Assembly (NCBI GenBank): GCA_965207445.1
Contig: CBDBLX010000002.1
Location: 352,001-416,000, forward strand
Direction of reading: 5' to 3'
Length of the DNA stretch: 64,000 nucleotides
From: Nitrosopumilus sp.
GTDB lineage: Archaea > Thermoproteota > Nitrososphaeria > Nitrososphaerales > Nitrosopumilaceae
In this document: piece after piece, positions 22,565-32,383 of the stretch
Layout of the letters: each line of letters opens with the position of its first letter
How positions within the stretch are numbered: the first letter of the stretch is position 1
Notes under the pieces: generated by a model
What the model was told of the DNA's origin: nothing
The model's database searches: none
What the model saw: only the letters and a program-made list of their open reading frames with translations
Translations under genes and position numbers: made by a program

Positions 22565-22888
22565 TGGTGGTAGCAGGGAGGATTGGGGTGCTAGCCGTGC
22601 CCTATTCTGAAACCGGCTATACGCGGAGATCAGTAACTGCTAGGTAAATCTTCAGGTGGGCGATTCCCGCTTGGTGTGCGGAAATGAAATCACGCCGAGG
22701 CGGGTGGTTGCAAGACTGGAACTGTTCGAAGGAACAGCTTTCAAGTCTGAGCTGCTGAAAGGGACTAGGTCCGGGAGGGAGCAATCCTAAGGTGGAGCTT
22801 CCACGCTTCCTCGTCAACGTGGCGGATCTTGTATGCCTTGAGATGGGGCCGTCTGTTTGGAGTGGAACTAGCAGGGCTGCTACCATTA
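22565..22888 (+). ncRNA. ffs: archaeal SRP (7S) RNA
   Basis: GC-rich ~320 nt, ends pair (tggtagcag/ctgctacca), helix-8-like aggtccgggagggagcaatcc, TATA-like element upstream and T-tract downstream. Confidence 0.88.
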
Positions 22889-22966
22889 TTTTTTGATTAT
22901 CAATTCATAAAAATACATTTTGTACCTTGTTTGACAAACTAATTAAAACCCGGCAATTACAAAATA

Positions 22967-23296
22967 ATGATGCTTCCATCAGGTGGCGCTAATTTGCGCA
23001 GTTATCAAGAATTTCGCAAGCAGCAATTACCTACACATATGTATGATGTATTTGATCAGTTGCATGATTTTAGCATGTCACTTGGAAATAATGTAATTGA
23101 AGATGTGAGACCTCATAGAGTAGTTTTCTGTAAATCTATGAATACTAGATGGTTTGTAGATGCAAAGCCTACTGATGGAATGATTGTAATTAAGATCAGA
23201 AAGGGATGGCGCGATCCTATACAGACAGTTCAAACTGACTCTATAACTCAAGAGATCAAAAATATGATCAAGACTGCGTATGAGCAGGTGCATTGA
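22967..23296 (+). CDS. conserved hypothetical protein (DUF5655-like)
   Basis: 109-aa ORF, SLGNNVIEDVR...IKTAYE pattern. Confidence 0.65.
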   Translation: MMLPSGGANLRSYQEFRKQQLPTHMYDVFDQLHDFSMSLGNNVIEDVRPHRVVFCKSMNTRWFVDAKPTDGMIVIKIRKGWRDPIQTVQTDSITQEIKNMIKTAYEQVH

Positions 23297-23300
23297 TTAT

Positions 23301-23582
23301 TTATGGGTACAATACAATAAATGTCTCAAACTTTTCATCTGCCTCTTCATTTCGAATCTCTACATCATCTACTCTGGCATTTGCAGGACCCGCATGGGCC
23401 CATTCTATAACTCTATCAAGGCCATTCTCGTTCCCCTCTAGTACTGCCTCTACACGACCATCTTTGAGATTTCGAACCCAACCTCGAATATCATTTTTGA
23501 TTGCCATTACTTTGAGTGTTTGGCGAAAAAACACACCTTGAACATTACCTGTAACAAAGATTCGGACTCGTCTGTCTGTCAT
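23301..23582 (-). CDS. acyP: acylphosphatase
   Basis: GNVQGVFFR, GWVRNLKDGRVE. Confidence 0.95.
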   Translation of the reverse strand: MTDRRVRIFVTGNVQGVFFRQTLKVMAIKNDIRGWVRNLKDGRVEAVLEGNENGLDRVIEWAHAGPANARVDDVEIRNEEADEKFETFIVLYP

Positions 23583-23690
23583 CTAACTATCTTTACGTTT
23601 ACTCTTAATCAATTTTGTTTTTATGTTGTTGCACCATTCTTATGTTGCACAATATGTGATCAAAATTATTTGTAATTAAACGTAAATTGT

Positions 23691-24425
23691 TTATCGTCTA
23701 TCTTTTATCCTTGCTCTACCGGTCTTTCTTGCAGCAATACTCCCTACCTTTGCACCCGGAGGAGCATCACGTGATACTGTTGAACTCTGACCTACATGTT
23801 GGTGCCTTCCACCACCATGTGGATGTACATACGCTGCTTGGGCAACACCACGTACTATGGGATACTTTTTGCCCTTTGACTTGAAGTTTCTCCACTTGCC
23901 ACCTGCACTCATAAATGGTCTCTCACCTGCACCACCGCCTGCAAGTGTTCCAATCATTGCACGGTTCTTGGGGTTTAGTGTGGTGAATTTACCTGAAGGA
24001 AGTTTTACTGTTACACCTTCGTCTCCATGTGAGAATATTGTAGCATTTGTGCCTGCTGATTTGACTATTGCACCTCCATCACCGTAATGTTTTTCTAAAT
24101 TACATACAGTTGTGCCATCTGGTATATTTTGAACGCTAATCACATTACCGTCTATAATCTCTGACTTTAATCCGAATTGTAGTGTCATGCCGACCTTTGT
24201 ACCTAGTACTGCTGGAACAAATGATATTGAGCCATCTTTGAATCGTATCTTGGAGAGTGGTGCATCTCGTCCGCTCTCATGCACTAGATCAATAACTCTG
24301 CCTTCTTGTTGATCACCGAGCTTAAATCTTGGATATATTGCCTTTGTGCCTACCTTTCCTGTAAAGGATGCTCTGAACTGGTTTCCTCCTCTACCTCTTC
24401 TTCGTACAAGCGGTCTCTTACCCAA
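23691..24425 (-). CDS. rpl2: 50S ribosomal protein L2 (probable TTG start at 24425)
   Basis: GKRPLVRRRGRG, VRGVAQAAYVHPHGGG, PPGAKVGSIAARKTG. Confidence 0.97.
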   Translation of the reverse strand: MGKRPLVRRRGRGGNQFRASFTGKVGTKAIYPRFKLGDQQEGRVIDLVHESGRDAPLSKIRFKDGSISFVPAVLGTKVGMTLQFGLKSEIIDGNVISVQNIPDGTTVCNLEKHYGDGGAIVKSAGTNATIFSHGDEGVTVKLPSGKFTTLNPKNRAMIGTLAGGGAGERPFMSAGGKWRNFKSKGKKYPIVRGVAQAAYVHPHGGGRHQHVGQSSTVSRDAPPGAKVGSIAARKTGRARIKDRR

Positions 24426-24711
24426 TGTGATCGTTGCGAACAAAAAACAGGATTTTAAGCTTGTGTTTTTGCTAATGGCAATATAATTATGTATTTTAAT
24501 TCCTATTCACCTATTGAGGTATGTCTTGTTGAGGTATGCCTTATTACATTATATATTTACATATAGTTATTGCAACTCAAACAAGTCTTGCAACCTTTAC
24601 AAAAAAACAGATGTCCATATCTTGAGCAACAAAGACTACTAGAGTATGTGTTGTCATCTGTAAAGACAACACTATTTTTTTTCAGATTATGGTGGCAAGA
24701 TTCATCTCAAC

Positions 24712-24863
24712 GAGGTTGGTGCGTAATTGACATTAGCCTGCCTGTGACTCTTCTATGAGATTATTGAATAATTTAATTTATACATATAAAACTCTGGTGA
24801 TATTTCCAGATAACTTTGCAAGTACGATGCAGGTGGCGATTTGATGAATTACACACCAACCTC
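24712..24863. mobile_element. MITE, internal-deletion derivative of the IS at 25491-27177
   Basis: First ~48 nt match 25491-25540, remainder matches 27082-27177. Confidence 0.85.
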
Positions 24864-25166
24864 CATTCACCCCATACGAATACATACATGTTTGTTGTAT
24901 GTGACACAATCCAATCACTAATTTTATATGAATAGATAAATTAGCGGGTCTAGAGGGGCCTGGAAAAAACACCGGCCGTCACCACAAGCGCAACAGCGCC
25001 GAATCAGAACCAGACTCGTGTCATAAGGAACGACATTGTAAAAACAATGTGGAGTGCGTCGGGGCCCGGACCACCAAACCCGGCGCCCCCCGCCCCGGGC
25101 CGGAAGTAACCCATACGCCGACAGGCGGGGGTGCTGCCGCCTGGGCATACGGCGGGACGGACTGAA

Positions 25167-25445
25167 CTAGTCCAGATTGTAGCGTATGCATAGGGTAGCC
25201 CCGTACACATTCGGTGGGCTTGACAGTATCTTGTCGCCCTTCCGCATCCTGTTTATCATCACGCCGCAGCAGACAGGCATCCTGTGGTTGCCTTTGTTCG
25301 GATAGCCTCCCACCATCTTGTGTAGTTCTTTTGCCCGCACGTCCACGTATGGCCGGCCGCTGCGCCTGGCGTCATTCAGGACCGCATTCAGACATTTCCG
25401 AAAATCATCACTGTTTGGGGGGTCGCTGTCGTCTACAGGCATCAT
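25167..25445 (-). CDS. conserved small uncharacterised protein (GGYP..NHRMPVCC family), transposon cargo
   Basis: ELHKMVGGYPNKGNHRMPVCCGVM...GATLCIRY; in a GC-rich patch. Confidence 0.75.
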   Translation of the reverse strand: MMPVDDSDPPNSDDFRKCLNAVLNDARRSGRPYVDVRAKELHKMVGGYPNKGNHRMPVCCGVMINRMRKGDKILSSPPNVYGATLCIRYNLD

Positions 25446-25490
25446 ATACGACGGTGGAGCATGCGTCTTAAAAAATTTTGTCAGTGGTGG

Positions 25491-27177
25491 GAGGTTGGTG
25501 CGTAATTGACATTAGACCTGCCTGTGACCCTTCTATGAGCTTGGTTTATTGCACATTCAATCTACAAAAGACTGAAATCTATCTATAGTGCGTTTCGTTT
25601 TTGAATATGCATGAGTGTTTTAGCAGACATCGATTATAGAACATGAAATGTGCAGTGTGATAGCAGTCACTATCATTTGTATGATGGAATCTTTTGCCCT
25701 TTTTCATGAGCGCAAATAAATCTGTTCAGGACGTTGATATTCCATGCAATCGATAGTATTTTGCCAAACCGCTTTTGGTTTTTGGCCAGACGCATATGAC
25801 AGTGTAGCCGGTGATTCTTTGTCTCTTCTACTGTTCCAAATATTGCCTCGATAAGTGCGCGTTGTTTGTATGCATCTTTGTCAAAGATCTCTGCTGCTTT
25901 TTTTCTGCTTGGTGGTTTGCCACGGTTTGTATGACCTGCACCATCTGTGTGATTGCGCTGCTTTATGTTCGGTTTCATGTTTGCATTGAATATTATCTCA
26001 CAGTTTTGATCCGAATGTATCCCTTGTCTCCGTTGAATAAGCACTCTTCAATCTCTGTATAGTTTTTTACGAGAAAGTTGACCACATATGGAAGCATTGA
26101 CGTGTCACTTGCATTGCTTGGAGTTGTGTATGATGCAAGTATGATCTGGTGTCCGGTTATCGCAGTAATGTGATATTTTAGGTACGTCTTGATGCGTGTC
26201 GGCTCAAAGTCTTGTAGTAAATGATTAGGTCTTTGTTGTTTTTTGTACCTGTCAATCTCTATACCACACTACTGTCTATCTCAATCGTACCTGTAGGTTC
26301 TTGTTTTACGTCTTGTTTACCGCCCTCAAAATCCTCGGATCCGTGCGTAAGTATGGTCTCTTTACCTTTTATCGGTACCGGATCTGTCCCTGATTTTTCA
26401 AAGTTCATTTAGACACATATTGGCAGCATATACCAAAATAGAATCAAGCCAGTCGAGATCAATTGTTTGTATATGTTTTGGTTACCCAACTATAATCAGG
26501 CATCGACTCGTCAACCCATTCATCATGCATATCTCCAAGATCATTTATCACGTCACGAAAAGGAATATTTTTTGCAACTTTTAAAAGACACAAAAAATCC
26601 ATCTTGTCACGCGAGTGTACGGGCTTGCATCCTCCTCTATTTGTCTTCTTTTCCTTGCACGGATGTGGGTTTTTCCGTATCGCCGACAACAATGTCTTGC
26701 GCATAAAATTCTGCTCAGATTTGCGTGCCTGTTCGTAATACGGCCAATAACCTTCGCGTCGCTTGTGCTGCTCTGTCACTGTACGGTCTGCCTCCTTGAT
26801 TTGTTCTTATTTGAAACCTACACACTAAATTTACACAAACAACAAGCAGACGTCACATTCATCACAAACCATGCATTGTAATGGGCGTCATTCTCTGTGT
26901 ATCATAGCATGTTGTGGCAACCTACCACACGTCGTCGTTCCACCACACTTTACAAACGATACGTTGATAACATTGGCTAGTCAACGTTGTTTAGCATCCC
27001 CTTTGGTGGTATCACACTTATTCATTTGGGATGCCCCTACAAGTAACTTTTGGTATACGCGCATATACTTTTATATATGAGCTTATTAAATATATGAACA
27101 TAAAACTCTGGCGATATTTGCAGATGACTTTACAAGTACGATACAGGTGGCAATTTGATGAATTACGCACCAACCTC
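25491..27177 (-). mobile_element. IS5/IS4-superfamily insertion sequence with frameshifted transposase (fragments 26459..26779, 25673..26044)
   Basis: 17-bp TIRs; YKQRALIEAIFG...IAWNI DDE C-terminal motif; reading frame broken several times. Confidence 0.8.
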
Positions 27178-27249
27178 CATCTCAACATAAATGCTAAATA
27201 CCATCATATATGCAATAATGTGCCGTATGCTGGAGTAGAGAGACCCTTT

Positions 27250-28407
27250 ATGATATCAAACAAGATGAACCTTGACTTTGATCCCAAGAACGTCACAAAC
27301 TTGGATCTATTACGTGAAAATCAGCTAAAAAAGTTCAATAATCTCCGGGAGGTGGCACGAAATCTCAGGTTCATACCAATAGATCCGTCTGGCTCATACA
27401 TCTCAACATCATTCAAGTCATTTGATGGCGGCAGGTTCAATCTAGACTTTGATCCGTTTGAGTTTGATATAATCAGAGTTGCTGACTCACATGGAAATGT
27501 AAAGATAAATTTTGCTGCTCCTACAGGTGACCTTCACAAAAGTGACGACCTACATACGATACTCCAAGATATCGACACTGACCCAATAATTCAAAACTTT
27601 CTTAGCATTCTCAAAGTGAATAGTTTGCGTGACGTAACGGAGATACTGACAGCACGAGAAACACTCATGGAGATTGCAGAATTTGCATGCATGTTTGAAT
27701 CTGTTACACGGTTATCTCAAGAAAATAAAGGCAAAAAAAGTGGTGTATACCATATAGATAAGACCATAATACTCCGAGACGGACTCTTGCGAACTAAAAA
27801 GATTAAATCTGAACTTGTAACTGTACTTCGGCAACTATTAGCAGAAAATAGTGATTATGTTAAAGTGGCAGGAGTCGCTAAAACCTCAAAGATCATTTTC
27901 TTGTTAAAAGCAGCACTGATCTGTGAGCAGGTATTTCCAAAAGGACAGATTGGATACGTCAAAATTCCATTGGAGATAGAAAACATGGCATATCGGTGGA
28001 GTGGAGGAAGAAGACTTGGACCTAATACGCCGGCGACTCCACTTGAGTATGCATTTGGCGCCTTGTATGTGGTAAAACTCTCAAGGCAAAAGGATCTACT
28101 TGTCACAGTAGAGATACCGACGGATCCCATGAATAATACGCCGATATATTCAGATGATGATATAACTGAGATGATGGGACACATGGCCCGCGACGCTGCT
28201 CACTCGTATCCAATACTAGGTTATCCACAAACTCTTATGCGCGCCCACGAGTATGCTGCAAGTTTGGGAATTCCAATATCGATACTACGGGATCGTATAA
28301 TGAGTGAACTATTCAATGACACTGATGCTAAACTTGCTGAATATGTGCGTGACTTTACCATGTTAACTGAGACAATCAACAAGGGCACATTAGGGGGAAG
28401 AGCGTAA
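27250..28407 (+). CDS. NurA-like 5'-3' nuclease (start ATG 27250 or 27265)
   Basis: SFDGG, IILRDGLL, GVAKTSK, GYPQTLMRAHEYA match NurA catalytic motifs; upstream part of ORF-track call is IS DNA. Confidence 0.82.
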   Translation: MISNKMNLDFDPKNVTNLDLLRENQLKKFNNLREVARNLRFIPIDPSGSYISTSFKSFDGGRFNLDFDPFEFDIIRVADSHGNVKINFAAPTGDLHKSDDLHTILQDIDTDPIIQNFLSILKVNSLRDVTEILTARETLMEIAEFACMFESVTRLSQENKGKKSGVYHIDKTIILRDGLLRTKKIKSELVTVLRQLLAENSDYVKVAGVAKTSKIIFLLKAALICEQVFPKGQIGYVKIPLEIENMAYRWSGGRRLGPNTPATPLEYAFGALYVVKLSRQKDLLVTVEIPTDPMNNTPIYSDDDITEMMGHMARDAAHSYPILGYPQTLMRAHEYAASLGIPISILRDRIMSELFNDTDAKLAEYVRDFTMLTETINKGTLGGRA

Positions 28408-28412
28408 AGCAG

Positions 28413-30281
28413 ATGACCGAGATGAAAGAAAATGACCATATAATAGGGGTATTCATGGGGCTTGAAAAGTCATCTTATGAATATGTGGCATGGCTTGTGG
28501 CCCCTTACAAATCAGATTTTATGATAGAGATCGGAAGCCTTTTGATCGTGTATAACACACAAGAAAAGGTAATCGCAAGAGTGACAGATTACTATCCGCG
28601 CGGTGAGTTTATGTCTCAGATGGGTGAAAAATGGCTCAACGACATAGCCGCAGGTGACATGATAGACGAGATAGGCCACGACATAAAAAAGAGCAAGATC
28701 AGCTACAAGGTTCGAATACGTATACTCGGGTCACTTTCCTCAAAGAAAGGATTTACTCCAGGATTGAGGCGTATACCTCAAATCACAAGTAAGGTTTACC
28801 TGCCAAGTCATGACACTGTCAGGGAGATAATATCGAGCGCCATCAAAGAACAGTCAAATGGTGTCAAAGTGGGCGACTATGCTTTGGATCTGTCTATTCC
28901 AATAACATTTGATCAGAGTGAGCTGAGCTCAAAAAGGACGTTTATCTTTGCGCGTGCCGGATATGGAAAGAGCAATCTAATGAAGGTGATATGTAGTAAA
29001 TGGAACTCTCAGAACGGTGGACTGCTCGTGTTTGATCAAGAAGGTGAATATGCAATTACAGATCGAAAAGGCAGACCCGGTGTTATGGACAAAAGAAGTG
29101 CGCTGCTTGTCACAAATCAGGCAATTCAAAAGGATCTCAAAAACGTCTACTGTAATACAAAGATCAACTTGGCCTCTTTGACTCCGGGACTTGCCGTGCC
29201 ATTTTTAGTGAGTCCAGGCAAACATGAGACTGTCTTTTTTGCAAAATTAATGTCCATGAGTCCGGGGGCGTGGAAAAAACTTGTGAATCTATTGTATGAT
29301 AAACGGTGGAATGCAAGTTATGACGAGGTCTCAAGTATAGTGACGGGGGTTTCAAATAATGGTAATAGTATGCCTAGCAACATGGCAAGTGAGGTGGACA
29401 TTAAACCAATTCTCAATAATTTGGTTCCACACATATCAAAGATGCATGATCCCAACTCTCAGGCTACAAGCATAATCAAAGAAGCACTACGAATGGGCAG
29501 AGTTGTGATATTTGATATCTCAAGGGTCGATAATCATACTGCTAGGTTGGCAAGTTCTATAATTATCAAAGAGATCTTTGAGGAAAACAAGGAGAATTTC
29601 ATAAAATCCGCGGGGCAGAGTCTGATCAAGGCAACATTTGTGTTAGAGGAGGCCCATACAGTACTCTCTGATCCTCGATATACATCTACACCGTCTGCGT
29701 TTATCGATTTGGCAAAGGAGGGTAGAAAATATGAGATGGGTGGGATATTCATAACACAACAACCTGGAAGCATACCTGCTGAGATAATAAGCCAAGGGGA
29801 CAACTTTTTTGTATTTCATCTGCTAAGTAGATCAGACTTGGACGTGTTGGCAAATGTAAATGCACACTATTCAAGTGATATAATAACACAAATTCTAAGT
29901 GAACCTATACGTGGTAAGAGCTATATGTGGACATCACACCAGCCATTTGTAATACCCATAAACGTAGCAAACTTTGAGGAGCAATGCGAGCCTGACCAGA
30001 GTACTATAATTCAGAACAACGACGACATACTAGGCATGATACGAAAGTGCATATACGACAAGCAGAATAACCCTGCATACTTGTCTATATTAGAAAAGTT
30101 TAGAGACGTGGAGGGCAACGACACTATCTCAGAGAAAAGAAAACCAGTTGCACTTTTTAGTATGCTAAATGATACAGAAAAAGCATATCTTCGTGACGGC
30201 GGACACATACAATCTGGACCTACAGGTGAGTTTGCAATAAAATACAGTTTTTACTACCGGCTACGAGACGAGCAACTATAA
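28413..30281 (+). CDS. HerA/FtsK-like ATPase (DUF87)
   Basis: N-terminal HAS-barrel-like region, Walker A FARAGYGKSN, FDQEGEY, Walker B VLEEAH, AKEGRKY, ITQQP. Confidence 0.92.
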   Translation: MTEMKENDHIIGVFMGLEKSSYEYVAWLVAPYKSDFMIEIGSLLIVYNTQEKVIARVTDYYPRGEFMSQMGEKWLNDIAAGDMIDEIGHDIKKSKISYKVRIRILGSLSSKKGFTPGLRRIPQITSKVYLPSHDTVREIISSAIKEQSNGVKVGDYALDLSIPITFDQSELSSKRTFIFARAGYGKSNLMKVICSKWNSQNGGLLVFDQEGEYAITDRKGRPGVMDKRSALLVTNQAIQKDLKNVYCNTKINLASLTPGLAVPFLVSPGKHETVFFAKLMSMSPGAWKKLVNLLYDKRWNASYDEVSSIVTGVSNNGNSMPSNMASEVDIKPILNNLVPHISKMHDPNSQATSIIKEALRMGRVVIFDISRVDNHTARLASSIIIKEIFEENKENFIKSAGQSLIKATFVLEEAHTVLSDPRYTSTPSAFIDLAKEGRKYEMGGIFITQQPGSIPAEIISQGDNFFVFHLLSRSDLDVLANVNAHYSSDIITQILSEPIRGKSYMWTSHQPFVIPINVANFEEQCEPDQSTIIQNNDDILGMIRKCIYDKQNNPAYLSILEKFRDVEGNDTISEKRKPVALFSMLNDTEKAYLRDGGHIQSGPTGEFAIKYSFYYRLRDEQL

Positions 30282-30382
30282 AGTGATTGGGCCATATTCA
30301 AGTGGCAAGGCAACAAACGATATCTGGTTTTATCGGGGCCAATTATGACTAGTAATTGGGCCATATTCAAGTGGCAAGGCAA
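30282..30382. repeat. two 32-nt direct repeats separated by 37 nt
   Basis: agt(g/a)attgggccatattcaagtggcaaggcaa at 30282-30313 and 30351-30382. Confidence 0.9.
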
Positions 30383-30595
30383 AAGAGGGCGTGCATGATA
30401 TATACGTGTGATAACGAAAAGACGTGCCTCGAGCAAAATAAGAGATCGACTCAATGATTACCACACACTGAGGTGGTAAATTTTTCAGGCTTTTTATATA
30501 TAAAATTTAAAAATGATTATTATTTTATATTATCTGAAATTACTTTAGTGTTCGTGCAGATATATCTAAATGTGACACATTATACAGTTATCAAA

Positions 30596-30925
30596 ATGAC
30601 AGATACTCTACATCCTGTAATGATCGTATCTACCTATCCTGATACAAATGCAATCTCAGAGATAGCCTCAAAGGTTATAGGCTCCAAACTTGCCGCCTGT
30701 GTTAACATATCTAATATACGATCATTTTATTTGTGGGAAGATAAAATAATGACTGATGAGCAAGAACAGATTGCAATATTTAAGACCACATCTGATCGAA
30801 AGACACAACTCAAAGAGATGATACGTCAGACGCATCCTTATGACGTTCCAGAGATAGCAGAGATTTCAGTATCTGATATTAACAATTCATACATGAATTG
30901 GCTTGTTTCATCTACACGTATGTGA
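30596..30925 (+). CDS. cutA: divalent-cation tolerance protein CutA
   Basis: KLAACVNI, SFYLWE, HPYDVPEI; ATG 30596 preferred. Confidence 0.93.
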   Translation: MTDTLHPVMIVSTYPDTNAISEIASKVIGSKLAACVNISNIRSFYLWEDKIMTDEQEQIAIFKTTSDRKTQLKEMIRQTHPYDVPEIAEISVSDINNSYMNWLVSSTRM

Positions 30926-31178
30926 TGAATATACAGGTTCTCTTGCAAACGCAGTTGATCGGTGTTTATGTGAACTTTTTATCTGGATTTGGTATTAGAG
31001 GTTGAAAAAGTGTAAGTTTTTAGTACTTTATTGTGTGACTATGACGATAGTTTGGAATAGGAATAGTTAGAGTCAGTATCAAAAAGACAAACAAGGGTGG
31101 TTCATCTTGAAGAAATTGAAGTGTACACCAAAAATGGTAGTTTGATTTGGCATCAAAACACAAACAGATGTAGAGTGT

Positions 31179-31238
31179 TTGTGTATATGATGTGTAATGT
31201 GTATATGATGTGTAATGTGTATATGATGTGTAATGTGT
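31179..31238. repeat. 18-bp tandem repeat, ~3 copies
   Basis: gtgtatatgatgtgtaat repeated. Confidence 0.85.
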
Positions 31239-31443
31239 AGAATTTGACAATTCAGGCGGAGGCACGTATGGATGCGTTTTGGATGAGTGTTATCCAAGCA
31301 TCACAACTATCTGCAACCACCTTTTCTTCCTGAACTGTTTTTTGTTTCATTATACATATATAACCAATTGGACATATAAGCATGTGTGTGTGTGCGCAAT
31401 CCGATGTCAGTGACGTTATAACGTTGGACTGAGAACAACAAAC

Positions 31444-31618
31444 ATGACTAAATGGGCTGCCAATGCTAACTGAATTCCAAGTATCCATAACCCACAACGT
31501 GAAAAGGGGTACTAGTTACTCGTACATTCCAAAGCCGGTCCTTGCCAAACTTGGTAACCCAGAGGGTTTGAAGTTTATCATACGTGGCGACAAAATACTA
31601 GTTACGTGTCCGGATTGA
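31444..31618 (+). CDS. small AbrB/SpoVT-like protein, probably frameshifted near codon 9 (open from ATG 31463)
   Basis: Manual translation MTKWAANA/TEFQVSITHNVKRGTSYSYIPKPVLAKLGNPEGLKFIIRGDKILVTCPD. Confidence 0.6.
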
Positions 31619-31786
31619 CCGCAACGGTTCAAATCTGTATTAATTGCCACCAATCGCGTTTGCAAGAGAACCTTACATTGTAACATTTTAATGAACGGTA
31701 TTAATTTTTGTAATGGGTGATCAAGACTGAAGAAACATTACGAATCAGACGATGGCGGGCTTCCGCCGGAGGAAAAATATTTTTAC

Positions 31787-32383
31787 ATGTTGCTATATGC
31801 CCCTGGACACACGAAAGAACATAACGAGCCGATTCCTGGGAATACATGGTTGCAAAAACAGATGCATGAGTTGTCAAAGGTAGTCCCCAAACTGAATTCC
31901 AACTTTATCGAACATCATTTTGGAGTATTCAGTCCGTCCCTAGATTCAATACTGACCCAAAACAAGGCTTCAAATTTGATTGATCAACAACCGAAAGGTG
32001 GACGTCTCATATTGACCCTTCGGGGCATGGTAGTTGCAAAAAAGATCTGGAACGAATCCAGTCTGGATGAACAAAAGTTCGTGTCCGAGACAAAAAAATT
32101 TTTTAATGAAATGAGATATTGGGAAATTATTGCATTTTCGTATTCAACTCATCCCGAAACGACAATCAATTCGGAAATCAAGCCTGATTTTGAAAAGAGA
32201 CGCCTGCCTGCTGCTATTGATCTCTTCAAAAAGCGCAAAATTTCACTTAAAAAAGCCGCCTCAGTAGCGGGAGTCTCTACTGAAAAGTTCAAGGAAGAGT
32301 TGTCGAAGAGACAAATTTACCCCTACGAGCTGAATGAAGAAAAATATAAGGAATCACTGAGGCTAATTGAAAATATTACTTGA
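31787..32383 (+). CDS. YwgA-like wHTH fused to UPF0175-like antitoxin domain
   Basis: GNTWLQKQM..HHFGVFS N-part; AIDLFKKRKISLKKAASVAGVS..F..EL C-part. Confidence 0.75.
   Translation: MLLYAPGHTKEHNEPIPGNTWLQKQMHELSKVVPKLNSNFIEHHFGVFSPSLDSILTQNKASNLIDQQPKGGRLILTLRGMVVAKKIWNESSLDEQKFVSETKKFFNEMRYWEIIAFSYSTHPETTINSEIKPDFEKRRLPAAIDLFKKRKISLKKAASVAGVSTEKFKEELSKRQIYPYELNEEKYKESLRLIENIT

Larger units (their letters stand above)
24712..27177. mobile_element. composite transposon: MITE + cargo + degraded IS5-like element
   Basis: Outer TIRs GAGGTTGGTGCGTAATT / AATTACGCACCAACCTC flanked by 9-bp direct repeat CATCTCAAC (24703-24711, 27178-27186). Confidence 0.85.
30936..31672. mobile_element. non-autonomous IS6-like element
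   Basis: 17-bp perfect TIRs GGTTCTCTTGCAAACGC resembling IS6-family ends; no intact transposase; no TSD seen. Confidence 0.7.

Noticed and set aside
22617..22886. 89-aa minus-strand ORF; region as RNase P RNA
   Set aside because: Antisense to a structured RNA whose helix-8-like motif and paired ends fit SRP RNA; RNase P P4 motifs not seen
27031..27249. N-terminal 73 aa of the 458-aa ORF-track call
   Set aside because: Mostly IS terminal DNA and TSD; NurA-like sequence starts at or after ATG 27250
31020..31297. THYTSY/HITHHI repeat proteins
   Set aside because: Translations of an 18-bp tandem repeat within an IS remnant
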